A stretch of DNA of 64,000 nucleotides from an uncultured Candidatus Saccharibacteria bacterium. Its GTDB lineage: Bacteria > Patescibacteriota > Minisyncoccia > UBA6257 > 1-14-0-10-44-23. Both the position numbers and the translations under genes were made by a program. The notes beneath the pieces were generated by a model. That model did no database searches, was not told the origin of the DNA, and worked only from the letters and a program-made list of their open reading frames with translations. Location of the stretch: the NCBI GenBank assembly GCA_964549935.1, contig CAZJVT010000001.1, positions 155,922 to 219,921 on the forward strand, read 5' to 3'. This document shows positions 60,424 through 64,000 of the stretch, piece by piece (positions within the stretch are counted from its first letter, which is position 1; every line of letters starts with the position of its first letter).

Positions 60424-60541
60424 TTTTGAAAGCGAAAGCATTTTTATTGACAAAAATATATTTTTGGTTTATTTTGTTTTAACGGCCAAGCGGAGAGCCC
60501 GTTTGTGCTTAGCCGGCTTTGTGCTGGCGGAAGGAGCTATC

Positions 60542-60787
60542 ATGCGAGGTGGACGGAAGGAGCGGCGGGCGCGACGCGCTCGCGCGAAGGGGATGGGGAA
60601 GACCTGGGTGGGCGATCCGGCGAGGGTCACGAAGAAGAATGGGTCGGCGATGCTCAAGGCCAACCCGAACTCGACGCGGACGGCGATCAAGCGGGTGCGA
60701 GCTGACGCGGCACAGGCCGCTCGTGCTTACGCGGACCGCAAGAGTGGGTACGGCGAACCCGACGTGCACCAGCGCCGCGGTTGGTAG
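60542..60787 (+). CDS. GC-rich, Arg-rich small orphan protein
   Basis: GAAGGAG SD, TTGACA upstream and a GC hairpin at about 60797-60831. Confidence 0.6.
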   Translation: MRGGRKERRARRARAKGMGKTWVGDPARVTKKNGSAMLKANPNSTRTAIKRVRADAAQAARAYADRKSGYGEPDVHQRRGW

Positions 60788-60880
60788 CGTCTCAGTACGG
60801 GGGCGCGTTCGGTTCGACCGGACGCGCCCCGCTGTTCATTAATTTGGCCTTATGGCCTTTTTTGTTTATACTGACCGCGC

Positions 60881-62212
60881 ATGGCGAAGATCTACGAAAA
60901 ACTAAAAGCGGTCTCCAAAAAATTCCCCAATGAACCGGGCGTCTACTTTTGGCGCGATGCGAAAGGGCATCCGCTCTATATCGGCCGGGCGGGGAGTTTA
61001 AAGAAGCGTATCGCCAGTTACTTTTTAGCAAAGCGTGATCCGCGTATTCGTGAGATGACCGAAACAGCCACATCGCTCGATTTCGAGACGACCGAGACAC
61101 TGCTTGAAGCCATTGTGCTTGAAGCGAACCTCATCAAGCAGTATTGGCCGAAGTACAACGTGCTCGAGAAGGATAATAAGTCCTTCATTTATATGGCGGT
61201 TACCGATGAGGAGTTTCCGCGACTACTGATGGTGCGCGGCCGTGAGCTGGATCGGTATGCTACTGCGCCAATCGCAAAGCGCCAATCGCAAAGCGTGATG
61301 AGGCGAGATTCTTCGGGGATACCTCAGAATGACAAACGGGAAAAAAGAATGGGCACCCTTGGGGTCTTCGGTCCTTATCAAAGTTATTATTTGCTTCGTA
61401 AGTCACTGGAGATTGTCCGCAAAATTTTCCCGTACAGTAACTGTAAGCCCGGGCAACTCAAGCCCTGCTTTCACAATCAGATCGGACTCTGCCCGGGTGT
61501 TTGCGTCGGCGCGATAGATGCAAAGACGTATCATAACAATATCCGCAACATCATCCTGTTTTTCCGCGGCGAGAAGAAGCAGCTACTGAAGAAGTTGCAA
61601 AAGGAAAATGTCGCCGCCGCAAAGCTAGGGCGACCAAGGCCTGATGCAATCTTGGCGCTCAAGCAGGTGCGAGATACGGCTCTGCTTGCCGACTCGGATG
61701 TCTTGCTGCGCGGCAATCAGTTAACCGATCGGCGCATTGAGGGTTACGACATTTCGCATCTCTCCGGACAGGAGGCGGTTGGGGCGATGGTTGTATTTGA
61801 AAACGGAGAGTCCGACCCGAGCCAGTATCGTTTATTTAATATTAAGGAGGCCGATACCCAGGACGATCTGGCGATGCTGCAGGAGGTGCTCGAGCGTCGA
61901 CTTAAACACGACGAGTGGCCGCTACCAAATATTGTTTTTGTAGACGGTGGCGCTAATCAGGTTAAGCGCGTGAATGACGTGCTAAAAAAGCACAATCTGA
62001 CACTGCCGGTCATCGGGCTTTCCAAGGCAGGGCAGCACGCCGCCTCATCGGCCGCCAGCGACAAGTTTGTTGTTGCCAACGCGGGCAAGACGGGCAAGGA
62101 ATTGATTCTCGCCTCGCGTAATTTGTTCCAGCAGGTCCGCAATGAGGCGCACAGATTTTCGATTAATGCCCGGCGTAAGCGGGCGAAGGGGAGTTTCCTG
62201 GGGAGGCGATAG
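60881..62212 (+). CDS. uvrC: Excinuclease ABC subunit C (short form)
   Basis: GIY-YIG (PGVY..LYIG), RIEGYDISH, VDGG and RNEAHRF. Confidence 0.92.
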   Translation: MAKIYEKLKAVSKKFPNEPGVYFWRDAKGHPLYIGRAGSLKKRIASYFLAKRDPRIREMTETATSLDFETTETLLEAIVLEANLIKQYWPKYNVLEKDNKSFIYMAVTDEEFPRLLMVRGRELDRYATAPIAKRQSQSVMRRDSSGIPQNDKREKRMGTLGVFGPYQSYYLLRKSLEIVRKIFPYSNCKPGQLKPCFHNQIGLCPGVCVGAIDAKTYHNNIRNIILFFRGEKKQLLKKLQKENVAAAKLGRPRPDAILALKQVRDTALLADSDVLLRGNQLTDRRIEGYDISHLSGQEAVGAMVVFENGESDPSQYRLFNIKEADTQDDLAMLQEVLERRLKHDEWPLPNIVFVDGGANQVKRVNDVLKKHNLTLPVIGLSKAGQHAASSAASDKFVVANAGKTGKELILASRNLFQQVRNEAHRFSINARRKRAKGSFLGRR

Positions 62213-62248
62213 CTTGCTTTCTTTTCTGTTTTATTATATAATTATTTC

Positions 62249-63253
62249 ATGGATAAAAAGCCAGTCGTAAAAGTAGTTCCGAGTCCGGTGCGAGCCAGCA
62301 CCTCAAAAGGACCAATTTCTAGCGTGACAGGGAAGTTCCCACATCCCGAACGAGCCAACGACCGCAAGCGGTCGGTCTCGGACGGGACAGGCAAATTTCC
62401 TCTTCGAGGACGTGCCGGCTATTTAGCTCGCCTTGAGCTCGCTAAAACTGCAAAGCCTATCGCTCCAAAGCCGAAAACAGAAACTGGCTGGGGTAATGTC
62501 GCCGGTTGGTATGATGCGACAGTTGAGGATTCGAGCAGCTACCAGTCAACGTTGATTTTGCCAAACGTCCTTCGTTTGCTGGATATCAAAAAAGGCGAGG
62601 CTGTTTTAGACCTTGCTTGCGGTCAGGGATTGTTTGCTCGTCGGTACGCTAAGAGCGGCGCGAAGGTTATCGGCGTTGATATTGCTAAGGAGCTTATCGA
62701 TATCGCTAAGCCGCAGTCACCGGAGATTCAGTACCACGTTTCGGGTGCGGACAACCTTGCATTCATTCCGGCGGCTTCAGTTGATAAGATTTCGATTGTG
62801 CTCGCGCTGCAGAACATCGAAAACATGAACGGCGTATTTAAAGAATGCGCTCGGGTTTTAAAGCCAAAGGGCAAGCTCATCATCGTGCTCAACCATCCGA
62901 CCTTCCGTATTCCGAAACAAAGCCAGTGGGGTTGGACCAGCGCAGTTAATGCTATTCCAGGCAGCATGCAGATCCAGTTCCGCCGTATTGATCGTTACAT
63001 GAGCGAGACGCGCGAGAAAATCGCTATGCACCCTTCGACGAGCTCAGGGCAAGCCCTGGGCGAGCAGACCGTTTCGTTCCACCGTCCGATGCAGTCGTAT
63101 ATCAAGTCATTAGGTAAAGCCGGCCTCGCTGTTACTAATATGGAGGAGTGGGTGAGTAACAAGTTGAGCCAGCCCGGACCGCGCGCTGCTGCCGAGAACT
63201 TGGCGCGCAAAGAGATCCCGCTTTTTATGTCGCTCGAGATTGTGAAGCTCTAA
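62249..63253 (+). CDS. Class I SAM-dependent methyltransferase
   Basis: VLDLACGQG and RVLKPKG. Confidence 0.88.
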   Translation: MDKKPVVKVVPSPVRASTSKGPISSVTGKFPHPERANDRKRSVSDGTGKFPLRGRAGYLARLELAKTAKPIAPKPKTETGWGNVAGWYDATVEDSSSYQSTLILPNVLRLLDIKKGEAVLDLACGQGLFARRYAKSGAKVIGVDIAKELIDIAKPQSPEIQYHVSGADNLAFIPAASVDKISIVLALQNIENMNGVFKECARVLKPKGKLIIVLNHPTFRIPKQSQWGWTSAVNAIPGSMQIQFRRIDRYMSETREKIAMHPSTSSGQALGEQTVSFHRPMQSYIKSLGKAGLAVTNMEEWVSNKLSQPGPRAAAENLARKEIPLFMSLEIVKL

Positions 63254-63266
63254 AAAGAAATCTTTA

Positions 63267-63310
63267 AAACAACAATGACGCTTTACTTAAGTAAAGCGTC
63301 ATTGTTGTTT
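63267..63310. terminator. Perfect 44-bp palindrome, probable bidirectional terminator
   Basis: AAACAACAATGACGCTTTACTT|AAGTAAAGCGTCATTGTTGTTT between convergent genes. Confidence 0.75.
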
Positions 63311-63323
63311 GTATCTTTGCCGA

Positions 63324-63836
63324 TTATCCCTTCGATTCTCCGTTTGTGGTGAGCTTCACTTTGAACTCAACCATCACGGCGTTGCCGGCGTTGTCGTTAA
63401 GCGGCTTGTCGTTTGCTTCATTGAAAATACCGTTGCCATCGTCGCCGTGGAGCATCGCTATATAGGTAACACCCGGGCGAAGCTTGTTGGAAATAACCGA
63501 GATGTTTTTATAGGTACCCGGCTGGAGGAGCTGGCCGATACCGATGATAGCGCCAGGGAGTCCGCCGTTGTCTTCGTGGATGATGACGTAACCCGTTGCA
63601 CGCAGCGAGGCTGAGGCGACAAGGACGGAGACCGAATCCGCATCCTGATCGTTTACGACGATGTTGTTGGTGTCGCCAACAACAATGCCCGGAGTTACAG
63701 CAGGTACATCGCTACCACTGCGCAGGAGCAGGAAACCGCCGATAAGAACGACAGCCGCAGTTATGCCGATAATAAGAGGCTTTTTACTTTTCGCCGGGCC
63801 GGCTACCGGCATCCCAGCATTTTGTGTTTGGTCCAT
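63324..63836 (-). CDS. Membrane-anchored protein (YVIIH..AMLH.DDG.G.F domain)
   Basis: TM followed by a beta-rich domain. Confidence 0.75.
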   Translation of the reverse strand: MDQTQNAGMPVAGPAKSKKPLIIGITAAVVLIGGFLLLRSGSDVPAVTPGIVVGDTNNIVVNDQDADSVSVLVASASLRATGYVIIHEDNGGLPGAIIGIGQLLQPGTYKNISVISNKLRPGVTYIAMLHGDDGNGIFNEANDKPLNDNAGNAVMVEFKVKLTTNGESKG

Positions 63837-63847
63837 ATGATATTTAT

Positions 63848-63872
63848 GACGTTAAGGTTAATTTCCTATTAC
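63848..63872 (-). promoter_or_regulatory. ECF-type promoter GTAAT-N16-CGTC
   Basis: On the minus strand just upstream of the start at 63836. Confidence 0.55.
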
Positions 63873-64000
63873 AGGCTAATTATAGCAGAAGTGCTACTCA
63901 AACGGGGCTTTAATGTGCGGCAAGGCTAGAAAATCGAACGAGCGTAACTGGGGTCTCCAGTTACGCTCGTCTCGCGGTTCCCGTGAGGGGACCGCTAGGT

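Overview
This window is from a bacterial chromosome with a Patescibacteria (CPR, probably Parcubacteria) signature: a type IV pilin cluster, rplK not followed by rplA, mostly leaderless or SD-less genes, and short palindromes inserted in frame inside genes. Housekeeping genes include sod, fmt, def, an S41 protease, rplI, rpmA, gyrB, secE-nusG-rplK, tmk, gatB, a DEAD-box helicase and uvrB/A/C. Main observations: (1) A 10.2-kb AT-rich integrative element (11153-21380) splits a lamin-tail-domain gene at a 10-bp core, CAACGAATGG. It carries a Type III R-M system, a pseudoknotted ncRNA candidate, a terminase-small-subunit-like gene, a replication-like module and two serine recombinases. The att core lies inside the 3' end of the large recombinase, so excision would both restore the host gene and change the recombinase C-terminus. 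(2) A tRNA-Asn(GUU) is split by a 208-nt group I intron at position 35/36 and is preceded by a second pseudoknotted RNA that mimics the tRNA 5' end. (3) Six GC-rich orphan genes are scattered singly, each with a promoter-like sequence, a Shine-Dalgarno site and a GC hairpin, unlike the neighbouring genes. (4) There is a candidate ECF-sigma regulon motif and a leader motif shared by uvrA and uvrB. All calls are from reading the sequence; no database searches were run.
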